A stretch of DNA of 63,688 nucleotides, counting the filler, from Collodictyon triciliatum (Eukaryota), in NCBI GenBank assembly GCA_043381765.1. It is 13 parts of 13 records of this genome, joined end to end, with 100 filler letters (N's around TTAATTAATTAA, not from the genome) between each part and the next. Parts side by side here need not be neighbours in the genome. Positions count along the whole stretch, not along the records: positions 25,010 to 29,923 come from JBHJMP010005649.1; positions 30,024 to 34,937 come from JBHJMP010005650.1; positions 35,038 to 39,949 come from JBHJMP010005651.1; 10 more parts are not named here. One strand, written 5' to 3'. Positions 27,010 through 39,862 of the stretch are shown in pieces. How positions within the stretch are numbered: the first letter of the stretch is position 1; each line of letters begins with the position of its first letter. Both the position numbers and the translations under genes were made by a program. The notes beneath the pieces are model-generated. The model did not search any database and was not told the origin of the DNA. It worked only from the letters and a program-made list of their open reading frames with translations.

Positions 27010-27667
27010 TTCGATACGGGTTTACATGTTGGTTTCTCCTGTTGATTCCCCAAAAAAGATTTTCTGTGTCGTTCGTTTATATATAATCTTTTATCTTTGG
27101 GGATGATTGGCGCTGCGAGTGCACCTTTATCTTGTCGCCTGCATCTCGCTTACTTGGCCCCTCGCCTTCATCTTTTGTGAGGCCAACTAGATGAATACCA
27201 CCAAAATATAAACAGCCATTGTTTTCGTTAATAACAATAATAATAATAATAACAGCACTCATTTTTGTGCTTTTTGTAATTCTCGGCTGCGTGTGCTTGT
27301 GAATAGTTATGCATTCAAACGGGATTACATATTTATTTTATGCAATATGGGAAAGTGATGGTAAAATGAACTCTTTGATTACAATTTTTGTAGTGTAAAA
27401 ACAGATTAATAAATCATATAATATCATCCATTTCATCTTCTGCGAGAAAATAAATTAAAGTGACATTGGTTTGGTCTTAACGCAAAGACTAGAGTATATT
27501 CGAACAGAGAAATGGATGCCATAAATTGGCTTTGCATCGGTGGCGAGAATTACTCATCATTGTGGTGCACAAAGAACGCTTAGTTTGTGTACTTTATTTC
27601 ACTTCGCCCGATTTCTTCGTCATCGGTCACACCTTCAAAAGTTTTCCTCGTTCATCCCGGCCTACAT

Positions 27668-29714
27668 TTAAGGCGATCTTGCTCCGGTCCTTTCCTCCTT
27701 TGCATGTGAAAAGACTCCATCATCCTGTTCTCCGTCGTAGAGCTATGAAAATGCAAAAGGGTTATGTTAGAAAAAAGAGTGGACAAGAAACCATATGGAT
27801 TGATATTATATAGAAAAGTATGATTTGATTCAGATTTACGTAAAAGTACCATAATTGTTAAGAAAAACGAAAGAATCAGAACTGATTCAAAATAAAAATG
27901 GTGTAAATAATGGATTTAAATACCCATCCTTTCTTTTTCATATCTTCTAGTTTTTCGGCAACATATGAATATGCTTCCTCGACAGAGTCTGTGAAAAATA
28001 CTCGTTTGACATCAGCCTCCGATATCTAGATTGAAAGAAAGCGAGGTTATCTTTGACCTATCTTTGTCATGTTGTCAGTCAGTATATTTGAAATGGAATA
28101 ATAAAGGCCCAGGTTGTATGTTTAAGTATGCAACTTTTAAAGTGGATTTGATATAGGTATGACAGAATAAAAGAGCCACGCATACCATTCCAGCATCTAA
28201 CATGGCATCGAAATTGATGACCTTCTTCCAATAGCTGGCACCAAACAACACAATCGGGAACGGCTTTTTGATTTTTCCAGTCTGGATGAGAGTCAATGCC
28301 TATTTGTTTTTAATAAGTCTCAAATTGACCCAGTGCAACATTTTTTTCCCAAAAAATTAAAATAAAAATAAGGAGCAGCACCAGTATGATGCTTGTTCAA
28401 GGGAGGAGATGAATACACTATTGACGATGAATTCCAACCTGAAAAGAATGATTTTGTTTACATTTATTTCATAATATACCTCAAAGAGCTCGTCCAAAGT
28501 TCCAAAGCCACCAGGGGTAATGATAAGAGCACGACAATGGTAGAGAAGGTAATACTTTCTTGTAAAAAAGTAGTGGAACTGGAAAGAAAGCTCTGGATCG
28601 ACATACTTGTTGCAACCAGTTTCTTTTCATATGATCGATGATTGATTGAGTTTTACTTTTACTTCGTCTTACACAAAATTGAGGGCATTTATTAATTATT
28701 GGAGAAAGAAAGAAGTAATAGGTACCGAATGGAAGGCTAATGGACAGTCCGACGCTATTGACTTTGGCGTCATGAGCACCACGGTTGGCAGCCTCCATCA
28801 TACCGGGTCCGCCTTTTACATCGCGCAATCAATTTCTTTTTTTAAAAAAAACTATCATGGTGGCAAAGTGATAATATTGTTAATAAAAGAAATACAATAC
28901 GCACCACCAGTGCAAATGGCCATGGACGTGATTTTTTCTCTCAGAATCCATTCAGATAGTCTCTTGGAAAGCTCTTGGGTCTGTGCATACAATGAGATTA
29001 CATAAACATTGGTGAGGGAACCTTTGTGTTTCTTTTCGTACTACAAACGCAACATGATATATTTCTGTTATACGTTTATTGGACTTTCGGGTCTTTTCTA
29101 GTCTTCTGTTTATTAAATTTTGACTACCATATCATAATAATGTGCCAGGGATAATCCTCGCTTGGCTTTTAACGCATTTTGCTGGAGTTCTTCGTTTTCT
29201 GGGTCCTAGGAGATGTAGAGAAAATGCATTTTGGACGAATTTTGATAGGTATATGACGATTTGATTGCTATTTGCATATGATACCGTCAAGTGAGTTACA
29301 AATTCAGCCTTGAAAAATTCAAGAGAATCTAATGTGGAGGAGCAAAGGTGTTGAAACAAAAGTAAAAGGATTATTAAAAAAAATTATATACTTCAGCGAG
29401 TTTAGATTGGGCTTCCTCATTGATTTTTTGGGCTACGCTGAGGGGTCGAGTTCTGGCCGAACCGAAAAATACAATTGTGTTCGATATCTAGGCAATTGAG
29501 GTGACAAAATCATACATAGGGGGTTTTATTAATAAAAAAAAAAAATAGTTCTAGACACGAAACACTCCAAAAAATAATGCAGACATTGTGGATTTAAATA
29601 TTTAAGTATGCATACGTTTTCATGGCCCAGTCTTTGGCGAGTTTCCTCGTATTCGCACAGAATGCGAATCGGACGAGCAGAAGAGGAGAACAAAAAATCA
29701 CGATTTACATAAGC
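27668..29714 (-). CDS. LOG-family (Lonely Guy / 'lysine decarboxylase-like', TIGR00730-type) nucleotide monophosphate phosphoribohydrolase, 5'-partial
   Basis: Spliced motifs: AYVNRDFL...ARPIRILCEY, TIVFFGSAR, ICTG|GGPGMMEAANRGA, GLSISLPF|E, FHYFFTRK, PGGFGTLDELFE|ALTLIQTGK, PIVLFGASYW, FFTDSVEEA. Stop TAA at 27668. Confidence 0.92.
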
Positions 29715-30449
29715 CTGTGAAAAAGAAAGGTACGTTATTGTATAATTTTTTAACAGCTTCACGTACATGTTGACAACTAAATAATAATTTTGGTATAAAA
29801 ATGTTTGTGATAGTCTCATATAAGAGCAAATGATCTTGAAGTATTCATTTATTATTCCGTCAAAATATGGATAATTACAAACAAACAAGCATTATTCGTC
29901 CCTATATTATATTTCAAACGTTTNNNNNNNNNNNNNNNNNNNNNNNNNNNNNNNNNNNNNNNNNNNNTTAATTAATTAANNNNNNNNNNNNNNNNNNNNN
30001 NNNNNNNNNNNNNNNNNNNNNNNCAAAAAAACAAAAAAACAAAAAAACAAAAAAACAAAAAAACAAAAAAAAAAAAAAAAACAAAAAAAAACAAAAAAAC
30101 AAAAAAACAAAAAAACAAAAAAAACAAAAAACAAAAAAACCAAAAACCCCAGGGCATCTGGATTGTGAGTAGATACGAACCAAGTCGATTATGGAAGCCG
30201 ATAAACAATTTGTCCATGCAATTACCATTGTCCAGCGACAAAGTTGCCTGCAGCGGTAGATAACTAAATATTAATGCCATGAGTTTTGCTATGGAAGCAC
30301 ATAAACCTTTGCGAGCATCGCCCACCACTTGGATGCGCAATCGATTTCTGAAACTTAAAATAGCTTGTCACTAAAAGTTCTCACAAAGCCCGAAACACTT
30401 TTCGTTTCAAACTGAATGCCTTTTCTCACGGATTTGAGTTCACAGATAG

Positions 30450-33400
30450 ATGCTTTCGAGATTCACATGGAAGGTGCCAAATGCTGTCGCAAAGAATGAT
30501 GACAGAAAAGTAAAGGCGTCTGCTGAAGTACAGCACAAAGCACAAGGGAGCATATCTCGGCCAAAAGATAGCAACCCAAAAAGTACAGCAGTCAAGAGTG
30601 AAGACAACTCCAGGTTCACTGTTTCAGTAAATGTGCATATCAATCCAAAATCTATGCTCAACAACAAAGCTCAAAATCAGAAGAACAGCGGCCAGTTTGA
30701 CGATACTCTTGCAAACGCAAGGTTTATACATTTTTATTTATCCATTCGGCATCCCTATTCATTTGGAGAGAACCTTATTGTTTGGTGATAAATCATACCG
30801 ACAGGAAATATCTGAGAGAAATTCAAATAGCAGAAATCTCACCAAAAATAATTGATTTTATTCAGGTATGTATTTCTGAATCACATCATGTTTTATCTTT
30901 CCATATAAAAAATTGTATTTCCACAAACTAAATCACTTCTGTAGACTTTATTGAAAGAAAATATTAAAGAGACAAACCTGAAGTTGCTGCTCCAGGATGG
31001 TGTTGTTTTATGCAGGTTAAATTAAAAATGACTCAAAACAATGAATTATTTGCCAAGTTAAACTTTTTTTAAGGTGCGCCGAAATACTGCGATCTTCAAC
31101 AAAGCCGATGAAGTACAAGAGAAACACGAAAAATAAATTTGAAAAGATGGACAATTTAAAAACGTTTTTCTCTGCATGTGAAGAAATGAAAATACCAAGA
31201 TGCTTCGATTCGAAGTAATATTTGATTCCTATAAAAAGTGCTCAATGATATAACCTAATCGGAACTTTGTTGATGAAATAATAAAAGGTGTTTATGGGAG
31301 GACTGTGACTTTTTTCCTGTGATTATATGCCTACAGAATTTGGGAAAGGTTAGACACTTACATTTTAACACATTAACGATTCCATCAAGTATACTTGCAA
31401 ATAGTAGGCAAGTAAATACCTAATAAATAAAAAGCTCGCAGTTAAGCTAGGAAAAGTTGAGCAGAAAAGTTGGATGACTGAAGTCCCTCGACACCACTTC
31501 AATCCAGACGCTGTCTTGAACGTAACTAAGGACCAATCGATTCAAAAATCTGTTAGAGAAAACGGACAGGAAACCTTCCAAAGACGGGTCGGGATGTCGA
31601 TATAAAATCATTATTTGTACTCTATTCTGACATTTAGGTTATAGTTAGATGAAAACAAACAAAAAAGCGTGCCACCAGCAGCAACTCCACGAAAGAATGA
31701 ACCCAAAATTCACGAAAAATCAGGCTTTTACACGCTCAGATCAAGAAGCAACAAAATAATGCGTAAGATCATTTCAGCTCCACTATTGGAGGATTCTGAT
31801 TGCTGATTCGTGTAGCAAGTCCAAACCAGCTAGGGCCATCGGAAAATATGTCGATGAAAATCCTCCATGTCAGTTATAGGCATAATTGTATCGCTCGATA
31901 TGTCGTGATTAATAACATCATTACAACCACAGAATGTCTTAGAGCCAAAAGAGATTAAGAAGGACGTCACCGAGACCCAACAAAAATCACATATAATCCC
32001 AGATGACCCAAAAGATATCCAAAATAACAAAATGAGAACGTTAGTATAAAAAGTATATATTGAAATAAGGAAGTGTATTTCTCTATATATACAAGGACGA
32101 CAAAAGTTTTGAAACATCCACATTTAATAGTGATGGCTCAGTGCCTGATTCTAGGGAATGCATGGAAAGTACAGTAGACAAGAATTATATTTGGACGAAA
32201 TGAATAATTTCATAGCAATTTATTGAGTTATCTATATGTATGTGAACTGGATATATGTAAATTCAAAACGTCGAGTACTTTATCATAATTGAAAATGATT
32301 AGAACTTGCATTAGAAGTCCATGTGAGGAATCAAACAATGGAAGAACAGGTTTCTTTGTGTATTTGATAAAAATTATTTTCTTGATTATAAATTGTGTTT
32401 TAGGTCTTTGGTGTGACATATGTATTAGAACTTAATTTTGCGTTATTCTTTATCAAAATACTAATTAGGAGGAAAAAGGAGACCAGACGGGAATTAATAA
32501 ACTGAAACATTTGGAGAAAGTAAAAAGATTCAATTATTTTCCACGTAATCAATATAACAATCTTCATTTTCATAGGAAAAATCAGAAAAAAGGAAAGGCC
32601 ACGTTTTGATGGAATTGATAGATACAGAAAAGAATTATGTCAGGGATTTGGGTATACTCGTTCAAGTAAGTTTTTTTTAAGAGACCACCAACACCCAACA
32701 AAAAATTATAGGCATTCAATTGTCTAGGAATACATCGTGGCATTTCGGAAATCAGATGTACTTTTAAAACCGGTCATTACAGAGGGATTTTCATACATCG
32801 AGGCGATATTCCAACTGAATAAGCTAATAATAAGGTATTACGAAAAAAAAAATCACATTGTAAAAATACAGAAATCTTATACAGATATTAGAGAAATTTG
32901 TGAAGAAAAACTTGGAGTGGGACGTGTATTTATGCAGTATGCACCAGCCCTAAAGGTTTTTTTTTTAAATTTGTTAAATATTAATAATGGCATCACAATT
33001 TTTATTAAATGGAAAACCTTCTCTACAGATATACAGCTCTTATTGTGGGATTTACGACCAAATGGCCGAAGCAATTCAAAATCAATCAATTATAAATTCA
33101 AACTTCAGGAAAATCATAGAGGTACTCGGTTCAAATCAAGAATCGCTTTGATAAAACAAATAAAGATTAATCATGCATAGGATGTGCAAAATAAAGATGT
33201 TAGTCGCGGTCTGGATGTATTCTCTTTTTTAATTAAGCCAGTTCAAAGAATCTGCAAGTATCCTCTCCTTTTAAAGGTATCTTCCATGCTTTGTGAATAA
33301 AAGTGAAGAAATTCATGAACAATTTTATCAAAGGAACTCTTGAAAGAGACAGATGAGACTTCGCGTGAATATACTGAATTGAGTCAGGCTTACGGATTTA

Positions 33401-34789
33401 CATTGGAGAATGCCAATGGTAAAGTGCTCAATGGATATTTTTTGTCATTTTTTTCTGAATATGATTCTTTGTTTAATTTTATGCAGACGTCAATGAAAGA
33501 GTGAAATGCATAAAGAACAACGAAAGATTTGTTGCTATTTGCTCATCTTTGGAGGGTTACAAGGTAAAATGTTTTCTCGCTAATTTATAAGTTCGCTCGA
33601 ATATATAAAAAAAAACATATAAGGGTTCACTCTTCGAACCATCGAGAAAATACATGTGGGAATGCGACGTCAAAAGTGTTGATAAGCAAGGGAACATGAA
33701 AGAACGGGTAATAGCTATTCATTTTGTTGAGGCGATTCAAGCTGATCTCCAAATATACTAAACAATATCGTGTGCAAAACTTAGAAATGCATAATTCTGA
33801 ATGATATGATACTGTTCACAAAGGAACTGAAGAGCGGCGCATACAAGGTAAAACAAGAACCTACGCATTATAGTGTCAGGAAATCATACCATTATTTTTT
33901 TTTTTGAGAAAACTACGAAGCCTTATATGAATTTGAAGTCATCAGTAACGCGCTAATTTTTTTTTTCATACAGTGGAAGGAGTCAATCATGATCACACAC
34001 GAACATTTCGCCAGGGAATTAAAGGACATACAAGGTGTGAATAAACCACCGCTGGATGATTTGGATATCAGTCTACATTGACGAATACGAAAATGTTACC
34101 TCAGACAGCTTATTAATCATTCACCTTTCCTCAAAGGGGAGTCTGCAGTCGAAATAGCTCAAAATTCAACAGCTTCAGTCTACTCTAAGAGTCAAAGAAG
34201 GTTACTCTTGTAAAAAACAAACAAAAAACAACAACAAAAAAAAGGATTCATCATATTCAAAAATATGAAATGAAACGAAATGAAAATGCAGGGGTCTGGT
34301 TGTGCTTTCGTCAAGGGAAATACAACAGAGATTGATCACGGAGTAGAGTTTTAAACAAGCATTTTTATATCAAATAAATCGCATATTAAGCAATTACACT
34401 CTTTCGGATCTGCATGTTCTTTACTGAATTATTTTTTCTAACTCCCGGCCATGAATGACTTCGAATATGATAGGATTAATGCTGCCGCTAAGAGACAATT
34501 CGACATAAAAATTCAGCGCGAAATACAAGAAGGTGACCCGCCCATCGAAACTTTGACATACACAATATTATGTGATAAGAAGGAAGAATAAAAAAGAAGA
34601 AATGAAAGAAAAAGATATGCAAAAGAAAATAAAAGAAAAAGATGTATGACAATCTCACTACAGGAATACTTATGTAATTACAGCCAGACTGGTTTTTTTT
34701 TTCTAAAACGCCATAAACATCTGCTTCAGAGGCCGATCCTACGCGTCTCAAGAAATGGAAGCAAGTTTCTCGTGCTCGGATGGACAGCA
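30450..34789 (+). CDS. RhoGEF with CH, DH and PH domains, probably 3'-partial
   Basis: CH: LLQDGVVLCR...KFEKMDNLKTFFSACEEMKI. DH: VLMELIDTEKNYVRDL, LDVFSFLIKPVQRICKYPLLLK|ELLKET, NDVNE. PH: SRKYMWE...ERKCIILNDMILF. There are more than 20 short exons, and the last few are tentative. Confidence 0.88.
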
Positions 34790-34837
34790 GTAAGTGTATT
34801 AAAGAAATACCACTTCAACATGTTTTTCATGGTCTTT

Positions 34838-34937
34838 TCTTCTTCTTCTTCTTCTTCTTCTTCTTCTTCTTCTTCTTCTTCTTCTTCTTCTTCTTCTTCT
34901 TCTTCTTCTTCTTCTTCTTCTTCTTCTTCTTCTTCTT
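34838..34937. repeat. (TTC)n microsatellite at contig edge
   Basis: Directly visible. Confidence 0.95.
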
Positions 34938-35037
34938 NNNNNNNNNNNNNNNNNNNNNNNNNNNNNNNNNNNNNNNNNNNNTTAATTAATTAANNNNNNN
35001 NNNNNNNNNNNNNNNNNNNNNNNNNNNNNNNNNNNNN

Positions 35038-35288
35038 AAAAAAAGATAAAAAAAGATAAAAAAAGATAAAAAAGATAAAAAAGATAAAAAAAGATAAAAA
35101 AAAGATAAAAAAAGATAAAAAAAGATAAAAAAAGAAAAAAAAAGAAAAAAAAAGATAAAAAAGATAAAAAAGATAAAAAAAGATAAAAAAAGATAAAAAA
35201 AGATAAAAAAGATAAAAAAAGATAAAAAAAGATAAAAAAAGATAAAAAAGATAAAAAAAGATAAAAAAAGATAAAAAAAGATAAAAAA
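35038..35288. repeat. (A6-7GAT)n repeat at contig edge
   Basis: Directly visible. Confidence 0.9.
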
Positions 35289-35449
35289 GCACGCAAGAAA
35301 CGACGAGATCAGAGCGAAGTTCACCAGTATTGCTCTTTAGCCCCTTTCTTTTTTCTTAAAAAACTTCATGTCTCTAGCCAACCAAACAGCAAAACCAGGA
35401 AGAGAGCGAAAACAGAGCCAGAGTCAAGAACCCTTTCCTCGTACCGTCC

Positions 35450-38400
35450 ATGGCGCGAAGCAGGGCTGACCCAAACGAATTGACGGCACTGGTAACAGAC
35501 TTTCAGCCCAAAGTGTTCCAAGGCTATATATTTTCAAGGAATCTTCCCGCATGGAACCAGCTCACGTTGCTTAGTCTCAGCGACAAAGGACTCCCACAAG
35601 TACCAGAGAGTGTTATGACACTCACCGGACTCATCAACCTAATTATCAGCAAAAACATGGTTTGGTTACATACAAATATAATTTCATTATTATTATTATT
35701 ATTATTATTTTGTCAACAGGTTCATCATCGTCTTGCTTTTGCTATGGCTTGAATTAGATATGTATCATTGGTGAATGAAACATGTATAACCGAATGAAAA
35801 AACTGAACCTTTAGTTCCAATCCTTACAAGACTTCAGAGGATTTAGTAAGCTTGCACACTTAGACATTTCGGATAATGAGGTTCTCATTTAATTTGCTCC
35901 CTTTTCAATGCTAGCCTCTTAAATGGCCAAATAATCTCAACTCTCGATTCTCGTACATGTTTATGCAATATAGGGGTTTACAAGCTTTTTTTTTTATATA
36001 AAAACAACCATATGCTATCTAGTTTAGAGAATTCCCACCAAGTATCAGTAGCTTAACAAAGCTAAGTGCCCTCCTTGTACACGGGAATCCCGTGAGTTAT
36101 TACTTTGACAATATCACATGATATAAACTCTAAAGTATATGGCTAACTCTACCTCTTGGCGAAAAGATTGAAGAGATACCCCCATGGATATCCACATTAA
36201 TCTTTTTGGAAGCACTTCAAATTGAAAGCAAAGGGACAGTCAGTATCAAGAGAGCTGGAGAAGAATTAAGGAGGATGAAATGCTACAATAACATAAAGAA
36301 GAGCCCAGACATGATAAAGAGCTATTCAGATAGTCTCAAGTCCTTAAAAATTATGATATCTTTCCAAAACGAAAACATTGGAAACCTCTCCAGCGTTATA
36401 ACCAAATTAAAAGAATACGACTTCGTCGACCTTTCAAAAAACATGGTTTGATGACAATTATCCTTTTTCACAAATTTATGGTTTATTACTCGGAATTATT
36501 TATCCTGATATTTTTTTTTGCAATGCATTCTTCCTTAACTAGGTTCGAATTTTCTAACATAAAATTAATAGATCATAGACATACCAACAGACTTTGGTGC
36601 CCTATCAAGGCTATATGGTGTTAACCTTTCTCATAACAAGGTCTCTCTAATTTACTGCAGCCTTCATTTCATTTAGAATATCTCTAACACCCATGCGTAA
36701 TACAGCTCAGAGCTATTCCGGATAGCCTCAGCGTACTGCAAAATCTAGAGGAATTGAACCTTGGATCCAATGAGGTGACAATTTATGTCTTTTTGAAATT
36801 CCAACAAGTGCATATTTTTTTTCGATCATATAGCCATCCCAATTAGTTACTATTCTTTTAGAGGCTTCTAAAACAAAACTAGTAAATGATGATTAATATC
36901 CATATTGCAATATTTTTCGATGATTCTAGCTTGTGGATGTACCTGTATGTCTTCAAGGGCTGATAAATTTGACCAAATTATGCATACATGACAATAGGGT
37001 AACCCACTTTCCTATTCTGTTTTTGATGAATACAGGTAAATGAAGTTCCAAAATACACATCCCACGATGACTTTTTTTTCTGTAGGTGTTGGACATACCA
37101 CCATGGATAACGCAATTATCCAAGCTGATCAATTTTCAAATAGAACAAGACGGGAAAATATACATAGAACGCGGTCCCATAGGAATCAGGAGCATGCTCT
37201 TTTATGACAACTCATTTAAAATGAATGGAATGACAATGACAATCAGAGATTCTGTGAAAGGAATAAAACATTCTGTCATCAAATCAAATATGGAAATAGA
37301 GGACATAACTCCTGCGATGATTCAAGAATTCAAGAACTACTTAGACATCAATCTTTCTACTAACAAGGTTTGCATATTAATAGCTCATTTTTGGAATCAA
37401 TATGATGGCTTAATAATATACAATTTTTCTGGAAATAACCGATTCTTTTTTTTAAAATTATTTATCGAATAAACGAAAATGAAAGCACCATTTTTATCGC
37501 ACCCTCGAAACAGATCATCTCCCTCACACCAAACTTTGGAGAACTCACTGAGCTGGTTGAAGTAAATTTTAGTGATAATAAGGTAATTATTATTGATGTT
37601 ATGAAGAGTGCGCCCAAATACCACAATTAGAATAATTTGTGTTTTTTTTTTAACTTCTTGTTTCTTAGATTATCGACATTCCGGACAATTTCACTAAACT
37701 CATAAAGCTCCAACATATTTATCTGAGAAAAAATGAGGTATCGACGAGTAGATAATCACTTGTATCTCTTGAGTTTGCTATGATAGGTTTTATTTCGATA
37801 TTTGCTCAATTACATATATATATAAAAACTAAAACAACCCCTTATGTCTCTGTACATCCAAGATGTCAACTGTTCCAAGCCAGCTGAGTACCCTGACGAA
37901 TATAATGAGACTTGATATATCCTTGAATAAAGCATGAATTTATTAGTATCTCATTAGCGATGTATTTTTATTATTTTATAACATTGGTTTAAGCGTCTTT
38001 CTCTAGGGCTGCAATATTCAAAATACATATTATCTGGAAACATGTTCATTAATATTCATACCTTTATCTGTGGAATAGATCGAAGACATCCCTGTGTGGA
38101 TAACTCGTCTCGTCTACCTTACCGAATTTCAGATCGAGCACAAAGGTATCATTAGTGTAAAGCGGTCTCCACGGGGAATCACAGCTCTGCCATGCTGGAC
38201 AAACCACAATAAGCTTGATGGGATGACGAAGTCCATTTCAGAGTCACTCAGGGGATTAGAATATTCCTTAATATTAAGCAGCAGAAATATTACAGAATTA
38301 ACATCAACTATAATCGAACATATAAAGGAATATGACAGCATCAATTTTTCCAAAAACAAGGTTTTCTTTTATGCCATTTTACATGTGATGCACTGGTCCT

Positions 38401-39862
38401 CAATTGTTCAAATTTAATATCAGTTGTATATAGATTATATTCACAGAAAAATAATAATCAAAGAGACTTCCTCTGCATTTTTCCAAGCATTTGGAAAACC
38501 TTCTATTTTTTGAGTATATGATACGTGTTACACAGCTAACTGAGAGATATAGAAAGCAACATAATGCTTATGTTTACCATAGCTTACTAGATTTATTGAC
38601 GAAATTAAGTTTGTATCTCCGTTAAAAATAATCGACGTATCCCATAACATGGTGAGGTTTCCTCAGGATGGGTTCATTTTATTCGTGCCATATTTACAAT
38701 TTACTCTAATATTGCTGTACTACAGATATCAGAACTTCCTCTTGGACTATCATCCATAACTAGCTTGTCATTTATTGGACTTAGTAACAATAATGTGATT
38801 ATCATTATAATGAAATTATTTCGGGATTCCATCTTTATTCCCATCCTTTTTCATATAATCTCTATTTTTCAGTTCACATCTATTCCGGATTGCCTGGGCA
38901 ATTTGACGAATCTCCATGGACTCTTGATTCATAACAATGCGGTATCACATGAAAATTTATTTCACTTACTATCAGTTTTTTGTGACAGAGGCATATTGTA
39001 AGTATAAATCTCCTAATGACACGCTTTTAACCTAGCAGATTGAGGATATTCCAGTATGGATAACTCGGCTTGTCAAGCTCATCGACTTACAAATCGAGCA
39101 CGAAGGAGTCGTCAGCGTAAAGCGGTCTCCACGAGGAATCACAGCTCTTCCATGCTGGACAAACCATAATAAGCTTGATGGGATGAAGAAATCTATTTCT
39201 GAATCACTCAAAGGACTGGTGTACTCAATCATTCACTCCAACCGCAACATCACAACAATCGACTCATCCATGATTGAGGACTACAAGCAATATGAGAGCA
39301 TCGATATATCCAGCAACAAGGTCGTTACTGATTTGCATGGCTATTATAACGCTTCACAATAAACTACATCAGTTGATACATAATTTTTTTTTAAAGATTA
39401 TATGTATCTTACATTTAAGGACATTTATATATATATATTCACAACGGTCTACATATGCAGATATCTATACTGCCAGAGGATTTCAAAGAGCTCACGGTTC
39501 TCAAGCATCTTAACATCTCGCACAACCAGGTAGATTTGTACCTTTTATAGACGTGATAGTGATGTTTTTTTTTTCCGGTCACAGCATGCAAAATAACTTT
39601 TCTCCTATTAAGTACTTATTGATGCAAAACTGACAGGTTACCGGGCTACCTTCAGGAATATCTCTGCTAACAAACCTTTTCCAAATGGAACTGCATAATA
39701 ATATGGTATTAAACAATTCATTATTTCAACTACATTTTCATTTGCAGGAAAACATTCAAAAGAAACTCATTCTGTAAAAACTTTGTATCCTAGTTCACCT
39801 ATGTCCCATCATGCATGAGCTCACTGATAAATCTTCACAAGCTTTTGATACATAATAACACG
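35450..39862 (+). CDS. Modular leucine-rich-repeat protein, 19 exons seen, 3'-partial
   Basis: Exons: 35450-35659, 35815-35880, 36023-36091, 36167-36445, 36572-36640, 36706-36774, 36930-36998, 37086-37367, 37514-37582, 37669-37737, 37863-37931, 38079-38360, 38583-38651, 38726-38794, 38873-38941, 39039-39320, 39461-39529, 39637-39705, 39794-39862. All introns are phase 0. Each short exon encodes one LxxLPxxLxxLxxLxxLxLxxNx unit. Confidence 0.92.
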
